Assembly (NCBI GenBank): GCA_051530055.1
Contig: CM121341.1
Location: forward strand, 14,672,784 to 14,736,783
DNA: 64,000 bases
Reading direction: 5' to 3'
DNA from: Neoechinorhynchus agilis
Lineage: Eukaryota; Animalia; Acanthocephala
How positions within the stretch are numbered: the stretch's first letter is position 1; every line of letters starts with the position of its first letter. Shown here one piece after another: positions 14,001 to 26,127 of this stretch. The notes beneath the pieces are model-generated. The model worked only from the letters and a program-made list of their open reading frames with translations, searched no databases and had not been told where the DNA came from. Made by a program: the position numbers and the translations under genes.

Positions 14001-15908
14001 GCAACGGTGTCATCCTGTAACCTAAATTAATTGATAATGAGTATTTTAGTTTTAGTTGGACTGGAGAAAGTAGAGCGAGGCACGGCAACTACTTTAAAAG
14101 ATGCGAATAAGACTATAGCCTGTCGATTTTTCAATTTAGGAAAGTTTTATTTGAAAACATTCGGGCTTGAAACATACCACATAAAATCAGATATTCCATT
14201 ACACATGAAACTGCAATGTATTTTTACATAAATATCTTTGTAATCTCCTCTAATAAGAGAACTCAACAAATACACTTTCTTTGGTTCGTGACCTTGGTCG
14301 AAAAAACCTTGACGATTGGATCTTCGACCGATTTCTGTTATCTCCCCATTTGAATGCATGAAATATAAGGTCGTGTTTTTACTTGCTTTATCGGATGAAA
14401 ATGAGCTATAGAAAATATTACCAATTATCATGTGGATGTTTTGCTTACCGACAATCGAACGCTACAACAAGTCTAATGCCTTCGATGTGCGCTGTTTGAA
14501 GTGCAAAATTATCCTTTTTCATATCATAGAACAAGAGATCGTCTCGGTTAGTAAAAACGACCAACATTTGTTCTGATTTGAGATATTTGGCCAATCTCAC
14601 ATTGATTCCACCCGGGGAGAATTTCTTATCTCCATTAGCTTTTAATATATAATTCTTCTTTTGACCGGACAAATGATTCCAGTTAAACACATGACCAAGT
14701 TTGTCTAACGCAAAGAACAAAAGTGGGTCGCTGGATTTTTGTCTCTTTCGATCAGTGAATAGAATAAACTGACTAGTGTAGGGATTCTTAATTTTAACTT
14801 CGACTGATGCTTCTTCGTAAATTCTCTCTTTCTTCATTTCCTCGATGCGAGATGTAAGTTCAGACATGTGAGCGTGATAGTCGAAGAATTCACTTAATTC
14901 GATAGTATTGCTCATGTCTGCGTCGATCTAATTAAATTTAATTGCGATAACGTGAAAGATATCGAGAAATACCTTGCAGAACGTATCAAAAATCTCCATG
15001 TCGGTGATGTTGGGATCTTTTTCGATCATCATGTCCATGAATTCTTGGTAGTCGAGATTACCCCCTGTATGCACATGATATTTATTAGGTGATTGTAACG
15101 GAACAATAAACACCGTCAGCATAACTAGTTACGAAACTCAAGTGCTTATTGACTTGCGAATTTTATGAATATCACTAGATTTCGACATTTATCTGCAGCG
15201 CCTTATGTAGTTTTACTGAAGAGTTAAACATGATTTTATGTATTTCTTATAAACTTTCCGGAATATTATGATTTCATTTAAATTTCTTAATCTTAAAGAA
15301 GAAATAAAATGCGTTTTAGCTTCCGCTAAATCCAAATAATGTAATATTAATCAGCGTTAAAAATAGCATTTGCTCAATTACCTTTGTCAACATCAGCCGA
15401 ATGAAAAGCTCGTATAAGGTCGCAAACAGGATCGCCAAACAAATCGTCTAGATCCTCTCTTTGTATCTTTCTTAATCCGAAATCCATTTCTGGCTTTTTT
15501 TCATATTTTTGTGTTAAACACTAAATTTTAATTTTCATTGACATTAAAAATAAGTTTTTACTTACATCGCGTCCCTTCATTGATGTTTTGAACCAAAGAA
15601 TATCCTTTGCATCCAATCCCTTCCCGAGTATTGTACGCCAAACTCTTTTGGTATCAAGTAAGGTAGAAAGCTTACTTAATTCAAATTCTTCATTATACTT
15701 GGAAATCTAGGTAGATACAGAATTTAAAGAATATTTTGTATATATGAATATTTACTGAAGTACAATCCGTTCCAGTCAGCTCTTTGAAAATCTCATTAAT
15801 TTTATCAGTTTTTTGTGTATCCAGTTCATCGGATTGAGGCGGAGGTTTTCCAGTAAGACCAAACATCTCATATAAGTCATCGCCATTTTTCAATTCCACT
15901 TTGTCCAT
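11040..15908 (-). CDS. EF-hand plus WD40-repeat protein (WDR49/WDY-like), multi-exon
   Basis: N-terminal EF-hand-like loops (GGNLDYQEF; DADMSNTIELSEF), then WD repeats (HSAGV...LLTIDAKSETKMWS; ILTVSTCNLVTIWN; HESPINHL...LTSASCDGIVIVW; GDSSGRVYVWYI; AHSTRISSI...LITASDDGYVQ). Both ends approximate. Confidence 0.7.
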
Positions 15909-16984
15909 GTATACACAGTGATATGTCCAAGTTTGCCATCCCACGGCCCATGAAACTACCTGCGGTTGTCATGGCAGCGATCAAAATATTTTTAAAACCC
16001 TTTGAGCATTTCATTACTCAAGACATTTTCATGAATTTTTCGTTTCGTAGCCGTAAAGGCAACCCTGAATGTTTCAAAACTCATCTACTATCTAGACTGT
16101 TGGAAATTTTACCCTCTTGACTTCGTATGTTATCCCAATTATCTGTTCTCTTTTTTAAAATCTCACTAATTATTTTGTATATTTTGATGCAATTTTTGTT
16201 CATGTTGCATTAGTGGGATTTTAAGTACCAGTCTTAACAAGCAAATAGTTCTTACTTTCTCAGGGTAAGTCGTTGTTTAAAAATGAATGCTTATAAAAAA
16301 TGTAAAAGCTGCTTGAAATTTGCTTCTCACAGTCGAATATTTGAAGCGATCGAGCTTTCGAGAATTCGGGCGTCGCTTTCCCCTTGAAGTGGTCGTTCAT
16401 CGAAACCAACTTTAATAAGAAAGTTGCCCTTTTATTTTTTCAAAAAGGAACCGTACGTTGCTCGAAATACATCGTTCAAGATGGAACACTCACATTTGTA
16501 GGGAATACCTTGAAAGCTCGTAAAAAATCTCGCTTTAAGCGAGTTTCGGTATCTCCCTCCAATTTTTTTATTGGCTAAAACTAAACCAGTTTTTCAACTC
16601 AACTAGTTAATACAAGAGGTAAGTAGAAGTTGACTTTAATATAAGTGCAATGCAACTAAGAGCTGCTATAAATTCCGTGAAAGCGTTTTATAATCGCACC
16701 TAATCGACCTCTTTACTTATGAACTTTTTGTTATTAGTAATGGATGTCGCAAAACTCCTTTTTTGTAATCAGAAGCAATATTTCTAGCTCGATCGGATTG
16801 TTTTTATGGATCCTAATATGATCTATACCTCGAATTCCGGTTGAACATACAAGACAATAACATTTTTTAAATGTATTACACAAGATGAGCGGTGATTTAT
16901 CGTTTTATGCGCTTCAGATTATAAGATAGTTCGCTGTTCCATTCAAGACAGTATGAATGTTTTTGTTTGAAGATTGAACTATTA

Positions 16985-17050
16985 ATGCTTGTTTATGGCG
17001 GAAAAAGTGAAGGAGTTTTTTAAAATCCGATATTTCGGCACCATCTTGTG
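16985..17050 (+). repeat. Dispersed short repeat (TTTATGGCG...AAAATCCGATATTTCGGCAC)
   Basis: Near-identical segment at ~25865-25930 (+) and a related inverted copy at ~28255-28310. Confidence 0.6.
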
Positions 17051-17885
17051 CCTTTATCAAATTTGTTTAAGTGAACAAACACAAATCATATCGAGAAAAT
17101 CCATCGGGATGGTAAATTTTGACTTGTGGTGAATATACTCGCCCGATTAAAAATCATTTTATTGCATTGAAATATTTCGAAAGAGGAAACCTCGCCTTAT
17201 CAATCATTGCTTGTAAGTTTTTCAACTGCGAATGCTTCCACAAGCAATGTCATCTATTGATAAGGCGAGGTTTACTCACGAAATATTTCAGTACAATAAA
17301 ATGATTTATAACCGAGATTAACTTCACCACAAGTCACAAACATAAATGTTTTTTTGAAGGTTGGCCAGCCGGTAACTTATTGAGTATCAATGTGTGGCCT
17401 TTTATCACGGCTGATAATTTTTTGGGCACACAGCCCACCGATCTGGCTCGGAGAAGTAATTAAATCACTCAATACACTGCTCCAAAACTACTCAAAACTC
17501 ACTCTCCATGTAGTTTTGATAAAAATATCTGATCTCTTGAATTTTAAAAACATGCACCTAATTGAATTTGTAAGTAATTTAAATCACGTAAATTGATTTA
17601 AAGTTGTCACGGCTAAGAATGATCGCTTTTCTTCATCAACTTAACATGATCTAATAATTCTAAAATTGATGCAGCGAACGATTAAGAACTCTTGGAACCT
17701 ATCATGTTCTTACCTCAGTCGTTATTTCAAATATAGTTGGATTTTAACGAAATCTTTACAAAACAAAATCTGCGCTAGCGGGTAGTTTCGAGAAAAGGAA
17801 TTAAAGATGCTCAAAATGTTCAAAAATAAATAAAATTCGCAAAATATACCAAATTTATTTTTATTAGTTTGTAGAATTAATTATT

Positions 17886-20686
17886 TTATGAGGCAACGTT
17901 CGTGAAAGCATTCCCATTGTTGAGTTTAAAATCTTTAAGGACGCTTGTGACATGAGTCCAACAATCGACTCCATTGGGTAATTGGGATTGAGCGAGTCGT
18001 TCGTCAACCTTAGTGAGAACAACTTGCCCCCGGTCAGTGCCAGCAGCCAATAGATTTCCCATTCGATGCCACTCAATCCTGTTGACCGCCATAACGACAC
18101 CTTCTTCGTTTAAATCGAGACTGGCACGCGGAACATCTACATTGTCTGGGTCAATGAGTTCCCAAAGACAGATTTTTCCAAAACTATTTCCGCTTGCAAA
18201 AAGTCCAAAATTTGACGGAGACCACTTCACGTCGAAAACAAGGTTACCATATCCACTTTGCTTGCTTCCTGAAGCGTCCTCGAATGAGTAACAGAGAGAC
18301 ATTGCGTTTAGATCCCACAATTTAATAGTCCAATCCAAGGCAGAACTCAGTACATAGTTCGGCGATCGAGGATGGGAGTGTAGAGCAGTGATTGGACCGT
18401 TATGAGCTAAGGAATCAGAAGGATTGAGCTGCTCGGCACGAAGGTGGCCGATGTGAAGGGCGTATTCCTCACTTCCAATTACGAATTGGCAATCGCCATT
18501 TACATTAGCGTTCGGATCTCTAAGAAGTTCAAACGCTGTCAATGAGAAGTTTGACGGATGTCGATGCTTAAGAATAGTCGAATATGTAGGCGGTTGTAGT
18601 AACATATCTGGTTGCCATAAATAGAAAAGCGCTCAAGCTGGTATGCTAAGAAACTATTTGAGCGTTTATCATACGCATAATCTTCCATCACTGGACACTG
18701 AAACTAATGAACTTCCTGAATCACTACCGACGAAATCAAAACTCACTATCGGATGGCTATGAGCATTTTGACTTGGTACTGTTCGTTGAACAGGCGTAGA
18801 TCGACTAGCTCGAGTGTCCCATACAACGAGTTGTCCGCAATACGTTCCGCCGATTATTAAGTAAGGCTGAAATGGAGAAAACCGAGCACATGTGACTTCG
18901 GATGGGCAATGGAATCGAAATTCGGGAGATCCTGATGGGCAATGAACGTTCCATATGTTGACAGTGCTTTGTCTACCACCGGAAAAAGACGCGAGAAGAA
19001 GCTCATTGAAATGAGGACTCCAGTTTAAAGAACTAACCAGCATTTGTTCTTGGTCAGCGTCGTCCAACCTTATTCGAGCTTGAACACTAATAAGATCATC
19101 GTCCGAAAATCCAGTGCTGCTTGATCCGGCAATGCTTCCTTTACGTATCTGACTCAGAGCAGTCTTGTAATCGGTGAACAGAAATTTGTCATTTGACGAA
19201 TTCAGAAGACGTTCCATTACACGAGTTGAACGATTAACAAATTTAGAAAACGAATCTGAGCGGATAATTTCAAGCCGTTCCTGCTCTGAAAGTTCGCGCT
19301 TTTTTCGATTGGCATCTTCGTCCCCAGTATCTTCATCATCTGAATGAAGCCTTTGAGATGTCCTTGAAGAATGCTGATGATCACGTGATATCGGGTCTGC
19401 CGTCTCCGAAAATTTAAGCATCTTCACTTTAGTGATAATTGGTCATAGTTTGCATGTAACAGACGTTAATTCCTTGAATTTAAAAGAACATTAAGGAATT
19501 TCTGACGAAATCAGATGCAATTCAGGTTTAAATTTGAGCAACTAAATTTGAGTTTCACAATGAAGTAAATGACTTGTACTCTGTTGAATCCGGCATCATT
19601 TGAAGCGAGAAAAAGACGAATTTTTGTGTTTTTTGAAATAGCAATGAAATTCGACGTGTGGTCGAAAAAGGACCGAAATGCTTTAAAATCGAGCGATTCA
19701 GTCTGTGATCTGCTAGTTCATTACTTGAATGAAAATGTTCATATATACATGTATTTTTTAGGTGATAAGAAAAAATCGATATGGATTTATTATTCTCAAT
19801 ATTTCGTCCGACTTCAGGTTTTTTGTTATTAAAAGACGTCATCTTGAGCGTATTTTAATAACAAACAACCTGAAGAAGTCCGACGAGACGGACGAAATAT
19901 TGCGAGCAATAAATCCATATTTATTTGTTCTTATCACCTAAAAAATACATATTGAGTGAAAATCTAACAATACGCTTTAAACAAACGTAGAAAATCGTTT
20001 CAACGCCTTCTATATTTCGGATTAATTCGAGAAATGTTGGTATAATGAATAATTGCTCCCAAAAAGTTTTCGGAAATCGATTATGAAAATCGGATGGTAT
20101 TAAAAAAATTTAAGCCCCACGTTATGGAGTCGAGCAGACAAACCAATCCATGTACAACATTTCCATCGTCATCAACATCATTATCGACATTGAACGCCAA
20201 TCTATGGTGATCGTTATGAGAGACTCGATGATGATCACTACCAGCTTGATCGTCCGTTATTGTGGTGTTCAAAAAATCATCATCGTCCCATTCAAGACCA
20301 TCCGCGAAGTGATTACTTGGTAAGATTATCTCCGTAGTTTGCGATTCCTTCTCGTAAGTGATTGGTCGACTAATAACTCCGATATCGACATGTTCAATAG
20401 CGCTGATCTGATACGAAGTGCTCGATTTAAGGTCTGCTGTCGTTGTGCTTGGCGCTACCTGATCTGAAGATGACGCCTGCGAGGTCGGTTCAATTCCCAA
20501 TGACCGAAGCATTTGATCGATATCATCAGTCTTAATCGAAGTCGTGTTCAGAACATTATCAGTTGCATCGCGACACGTTGAAAGACCTGTTGGAATAGTA
20601 GAAAATTCCGTGGCCTTCCGCCTCTTGGCTTCCCGCAATAAGCGAAGCTTCTCTCGTTTGCGGTCAAGTTCGGTCTTTATATCCAT
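17886..20686 (-). CDS. DYNC1I: Cytoplasmic dynein 1 intermediate chain
   Basis: MDIKTELDRKREKLRLLREAKRRK coiled-coil start, ITYEKESQT light-chain-binding motif, SFSKFVNRSTRVMERLL, and C-terminal WD40s (WSPHFNELLLAS, IIGGTYCGQLVVWD, HSHPI, FVIGSEE, LSSALDWTIKLWD, VFDVKWSP). Confidence 0.95.
19749..19950. mobile_element. Non-coding inverted-repeat element carrying a minimal hammerhead motif (family B), in a DYNC1I intron
   Basis: Arms ~19749-19834 and ~19853-19950 are reverse complements. The right arm has CTGAAGA-A-GTCCG-acgaga-CGGAC-GAAA-TATT (19870-19901); in the left arm stem II is deleted. Confidence 0.7.
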
Positions 20687-21129
20687 TCATACGGCAAATT
20701 ACGCTAAGGAAATCAATCTTGGAAATAATTATGTTAGATATTCTTTTGAAGCTTTGTCGCCGGTTTGAAGTTTTTGAACATTTGCGGCGTGATTCCGAGC
20801 AGTGGGTGCTGAAATAATGATTTTTGGGCGAAAAATTAAAACTACTATATGAATCGTTGTAAAGATTTCGTACGTTTACAAGCCACGCTTAAAGTATTCA
20901 ATTAAACGTCAACTGCTAATTTGTAGTAATATTTCATTGATAAATGGTTTTTAAAATTAGCACTTTTCCTTTCGTGAAAATTTCGCTATATTATCGCATC
21001 GTTAAAGAAGTATCATAAAATTTGCTAAATATCTGATGAATGAGATTTCGCATTTAACTTTAGGTATATTTTTAACTCTAAAAATTCTTTTTCACAAATG
21101 ATTTATAGTTGCTTTTTTCGATTGGTCGC

Positions 21130-21400
21130 AGTTTTACTCCCTCAGGGTCCTCCAAAACAATTTACAGAGGTAGTCTGAACAAGTAAATTAAGAAGCGACC
21201 CATTTCAATTTTCGCTCGCAGAATTACTGCTCATCTCGCAAGAGGTGAAACATTTGACTGATGGTCGTAGTGTTGAGTTGTATTGATTAACCAAAGGGAC
21301 GAGTTAGCCTCCTCATGGATCTTTTCTAATTATCTTTCTAGAGTGTTTTGTTATACTACGAAAAATGAGTAAAACTCCGAAATATTGGTCGAAAATAGAA
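21130..21400. mobile_element. MITE-like repeat family X, copy 1 (a second partial copy follows at ~21440-21570)
   Basis: Aligns with 31985-32360. Inverted termini GACCAATATTTTAGAGTTTTACTCC / GAGTAAAACTCCGAAATATTGGTC; no ORF. Confidence 0.7.
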
Positions 21401-22814
21401 CCTTTCGTTTCAATCGCTTAAATTGCAATAATCAGACTTTAGTATTACATCTCCAAGTACCTTTTCGGTTGTCTTTATTTTAGCTAATTACGCGGTTGAA
21501 ACGAATTTATTTTCGACCAATATTTTAGAGTTTTACTCCGTTTTCAGGGTCTTCACAAACAATCTACAAATGCAGTTTTGTTTGTTAGTCCGTTTAGCAT
21601 TGTACACATTAAATCTTCGATGAACTGTTTGTTTATTTTGACTGTACTATTTAAATTGTGATTGATACAACGACTTTAGCTAAATTGTAATTACACTTTT
21701 ACGGTTCAGAAAGAGTAACGTCGACCAGTTAATAAAAAAGCTTCTTATTTATAGACGATCATTTTTAGCACCTCCAGTCATGTTGTCCTTTTTTGGTATC
21801 TCGTTAATGTTGAAATTCCATATCACTCTAGCGATCAAGGCCAATGTGTAATTCAGAAAGGTCAACCCGACAATTAGGAATTTTATTTATTCGATAAAAG
21901 TTGATTTTAATTGTAAATTTCATAACATTTCATTTTTAATTGGAAAATTAAGTTTAAGGTAGTTTTACTCCTTTCAGCCATTAGTTCCATTTTGTATCCG
22001 ACATGGATTAAACAGTGTTGATCAAGCTCAACTTTTGTATTCCGAAAATCGCATTAAGTCATGCATAATAATCAATTCCTGCAGAAAAATTTAGCAGAAA
22101 CAATTCTCATTTTCAACTTTGATCGATGTATTAATTTTATTTTTGCTTCTTCAATAGATTGCTTCATCGTCGCATTCGTTCAACGTTCTGCTCTTTCATA
22201 CCGAAAATTCTTTTCTTTTTCACTATCGTAACATTTAAGTGATCGTAATTTTCTGTTTGTGTTCCAATTTGATCAGTTTTTTCTAAAGAATGTCATGAAC
22301 ATGGGCGCAATATTAGTAAATCATATTTATGAATCTGCCAGATATGTCCTGCAAATCACATTAAAGTAGCATTTTAAGGTTTGGGAACGAAACGATGTGA
22401 GTCTGTTGGAAATAAAATTGACATGTAAATCTCTGAATGTAATTACAAACCACTTTACGGTGCTTAATTTCGAAAAATTGTCTACATTGTACATAAATTT
22501 GCTGCTTGTGAACTAAGCGAATAACCCTCAAAATCCAAACGTGCGGACATATTAGTCTTTAAAGAAGTTTCGGAACAGGTTTTTAATCATTTTCAAAAAT
22601 ACTTGACGAAATCATCGACGTTAACAATTCAAATGGTTTTTTCTTTACCGAGCGTTATCAGCCAGAATTGTATTTTTTTCTTTTGATTTCTTTTTAGCTT
22701 AAGGCGAACGACCACCGAAATTAAATTTTAGCTCTGTTGAATTGTTGTCATAACAACTAAAATTGACGTGATTAGACTTATGTATAAAATCGAAGTCCAC
22801 AGTTGTCGGGGAAA

Positions 22815-23276
22815 ATGAGCGATTCATATGTTGTTTGTATATGCCCCGACGAAAACGCTCGAGATATTAGATGTCCTCTCCACTTCACTCAGCCGAATGC
22901 AGAGAATTCGAATTCAACGTCGAAGCGTCAGATAAAGAAATCGACTGGTCGTAAGACGACGAATTTAAAGCCAAAACCTTTTTGTCTGTTGTATGATGAA
23001 CGAAGGTCTAAGACAGAATTGGCTGTTAAGTGGAATATTGGGCGAGCATATGGCTTTGTAGAGACCGTAAAGTCACTTTTGCGGGAAATGTTTAATTCGT
23101 GCAAAAACATTATAGTTTGCGCTCTTACTTTTGGATATTTAAGGAGACCAACCAGTGCATCGGCATCGCTGATTTCTCCAGAATTCTTGAACGATTACTA
23201 CTTGAATTGGAAAGCGGACACTTTTGTCTTTGACTGCTGTGATGAAGATATGTGGGCACCGCCAAAACTAGATTAA
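22815..23276 (+). CDS. Single-exon orphan protein, 153 aa
   Basis: Uninterrupted ATG-TAA frame in AT-rich surroundings: Cys/His cluster (CICPDENARDIRCPLH), basic linker, acidic tail. No family recognised. Confidence 0.5.
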   Translation: MSDSYVVCICPDENARDIRCPLHFTQPNAENSNSTSKRQIKKSTGRKTTNLKPKPFCLLYDERRSKTELAVKWNIGRAYGFVETVKSLLREMFNSCKNIIVCALTFGYLRRPTSASASLISPEFLNDYYLNWKADTFVFDCCDEDMWAPPKLD

Positions 23277-23841
23277 ATGTTTTATGTTTATGTAGACGGA
23301 TATTGAACAGTATCAAAGCGGTTTTTCTTTGACCGTTTAACCAAAAACAATTTTGCATCGTAGTAGGTTAAAGTCAATACTTAAATAGCAATTGTTACAA
23401 TTTTTCTATTTATCCTAAAGCGATCACTGAATATTATCAAAAAAATTAAAAACGTTTGCGCTCCTCTCGCACTTTTTGTCGTGTTTTTATTGAGATAAAG
23501 ATGGAGATGGCTTCAAATGTAGTAAATGGTTTTACAGAGGCATTTTCGTGGATGGATTTAACCGCACTTCAAAGATAGAATCATCCACTTTTCAATTTAA
23601 AATTGAAATTTTTGAGTACAACTTCTTACTTGTAATGTCAGTATTAATTAGAGAGCATTTAAAAGGGACCTTGTTTAATGGTCAATGGTTTATTATGTTT
23701 TTGATTTGATCACTAATATTAAACATTTATTCAACTTACTTCTAAGAAGTTTTATTTTGAGCAGGGATGCGCACATCTAATGAACACACGACGTTCTTAT
23801 CAAAACAACAATGCCACTATCTTTTTTTTATTTAAATCCAT

Positions 23842-24120
23842 TCAAATATAGTTCCAGCTGATTCTTTTTCGAAGTTTGTACTCGTTACCGGCAGCATTAG
23901 CGACATTGTGTAGAAGGTTAATACAATAAGGTATATTACCGAACTCCAGCGTTTGTTCACTGGACTCCCAATACTTCACCAATTGCGGTTCCACGGTATC
24001 CATGCACTTTCCTTTGTATCGTCTTGAACATTGGACGTCGTTCATGACTCCGTTAGTCACTGCAACGACAAAAACTATCAGCAAACATAAGGGAAACCAT
24101 GAGATATGGATAAGTTTCAT
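23842..24120 (-). CDS. Small putatively secreted Cys-containing protein (may splice onward)
   Basis: MKLIHISWFPLCLLIVFVVAVTNG signal-peptide-like start, followed by C-x7-C and a third Cys; possible GT donor near 23892. Confidence 0.5.
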   Translation of the reverse strand: MKLIHISWFPLCLLIVFVVAVTNGVMNDVQCSRRYKGKCMDTVEPQLVKYWESSEQTLEFGNIPYCINLLHNVANAAGNEYKLRKRISWNYI

Positions 24121-24871
24121 GTTTCGAAGTTTTGGAATCAAACGAAGTTTAAAAATGGGTCCTCTCCTTTATAGTCCTTCTATATCATTGAATTATGCCT
24201 TCATGCGAATGCTGCTCCATCTTGGCAAACATAATTCCCACACACACATGCACTCAAATACACTTTGATCAATCTTGACTTTTGTATCTTAACCTCTAGG
24301 GGCATTTGAATGCATTGTATACAATAAATTTTATAGAAATAAACTTGGACGTGTGACATCTTCGAAAAATGCCATCTTACATGTATTTGCGAAAAATTCA
24401 TAATTCATGGACTTTGACTGATTCATTTTGACCGTGCAAGTTTTTAGGCATTGCGATTAAATTGCGGTGATATTTTATCTTTTAGATCTTTTGACATTAA
24501 TTTATGTGCATGAGTTTGACGGGTAAGAAGAGGTGCAATTTAGCAAATCGACTTTTAAATGGGAAATTCATGAGATCCGCTTGGAGGGAAGACTAATGCC
24601 AAGTCAGCAGTTGGAATATTTTCGCTTGGGAAGTGGGCATAGTTTGTTGCAGAAGCGAATACGCTCTCTCGATATCAAACTGTGACCAATCGATCAATAA
24701 TTCAATTTTTTGGTTAATAGTGGTATTGGCTTTTAACGATATTTTTATTAACGTACTTGGAGATCTAGAAATAAAATTCTAAAATTGAAAAATTATGGTT
24801 AACACTCAGAGCTGATTGCCCCCTTTTTTTATTAGAAATGGATATCTTGGTGTTGAAGTAAACATCCCTTA

Positions 24872-25259
24872 CACGGCTGATAATTTTTATTGGGCATGCA
24901 GCTCACCGGTCTGGGAAGTGATTGAGTCACTTAGACTGTGATGTATACGGTTATTAGTTTGTACATCCCCGGATTCTCAGATACCTCGCAAGGAGTCAGG
25001 ACTCATCATTGAGTATCCTCCTCCCGTGAGCGGTATTTCGTTCCCCCCTTGGTTATGTGTCATCGGTGATCGTAAATTTCAGGGTCAAAGGGTTCAAAAA
25101 CCATTATCGCCTGTGGCTCATAACTAAAGAGGATAAAATATCGCCCAGGGAGGAAACTCACTGGTGAGTCCCGCCTCCTCGGGGGTATCTGAAGATCCAG
25201 AGATATGTACAAAATCATAACCGTATGGTTCAGGGTCTCAGTGATTCAATCACTTCCCC
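24872..25259. mobile_element. MITE/foldback-like family Y with ~120-bp imperfect inverted repeats
   Basis: GGGAAGTGATTGAGTCAC... (from 24913) is inverted by ...GTGATTCAATCACTTCCC (to 25258), with further paired blocks inside. Related partial copies at ~17406-17470 and ~56355-56425. Confidence 0.7.
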
Positions 25260-25324
25260 AAAACACTTAAAGAATAAATATGCAACAAAGAAATGGATAT
25301 GGTAACCGTAAAGACTCATCGTTT

Positions 25325-25690
25325 AACGGATGGTCGTCGTCCGGATGACGTCATCGTATTCCCGTGGTGAGAAGAGGGACGCCACGTGTGTAGTTACGTT
25401 CGCGGCAAGTAACAGGAGGTTTGTGGTGCAGTCTCTAGGGGGAGCGGCTGCTGCGGACCCTTTGGAGTGGAGACTCTTGGCGTGCTCGGTAACTCGGCAC
25501 TTAGATTTACGAAGGAGTTATCGAGTAGACTCCAGGCCAAAACAGGAAATACAAAAGCTGGTGCCTTCCTAAGCTAAAACATTGGTCTCGCGATCCAAGG
25601 AGGAAACGCAGCGAGTAAGGTCGCGACCATTGAGGGGAGAGCGATGCCTCTTCGTGGACGGTGGTGATTGTTTAAACGTTTTATTGTTGT
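25325..25690 (+). mobile_element. Degenerate 3' fragment of a CRE-clade non-LTR retrotransposon
   Basis: Remnant frames DGRRPDDVIVFPW*...DATCV, similar to the intact fragment at 30749-31145; multiple stops and frameshifts. Confidence 0.65.
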
Positions 25691-26127
25691 GTCTGTCAAT
25701 TGCAGAATATAATAAATGGGTTGGCCACCTATTTCTTTAGCATTATTGAGCTATATAATCGTGTGATTAACGCATTTGGAGTACAATGAAATTTAAGGAT
25801 AATTTTATCAATTGCACCATCAGAAATGGACGATGTCAAAAACTTCAATATAATCGAGATTGGTTGTTTTATGGCGAAGAAATTAAAATAATTTTATTTT
25901 AAAATCCGATATTTCGGCACAATCTTGCGCCTTAAAAATAAAATCATTCTAATTTTTTCGCCGTAAAACAACCAATATGAACAGTTGAATGTTCAAACAT
26001 AATTGAGATTAAAATGTGATCATACGATTTCTAATGAAATTATTACGCATTGAGTTTTTGGTAGCACCGAAACCCAAAATATTCGTTCATATCGACTATA
26101 GAATTTACTTTAACCGGCTTTGTCGTC

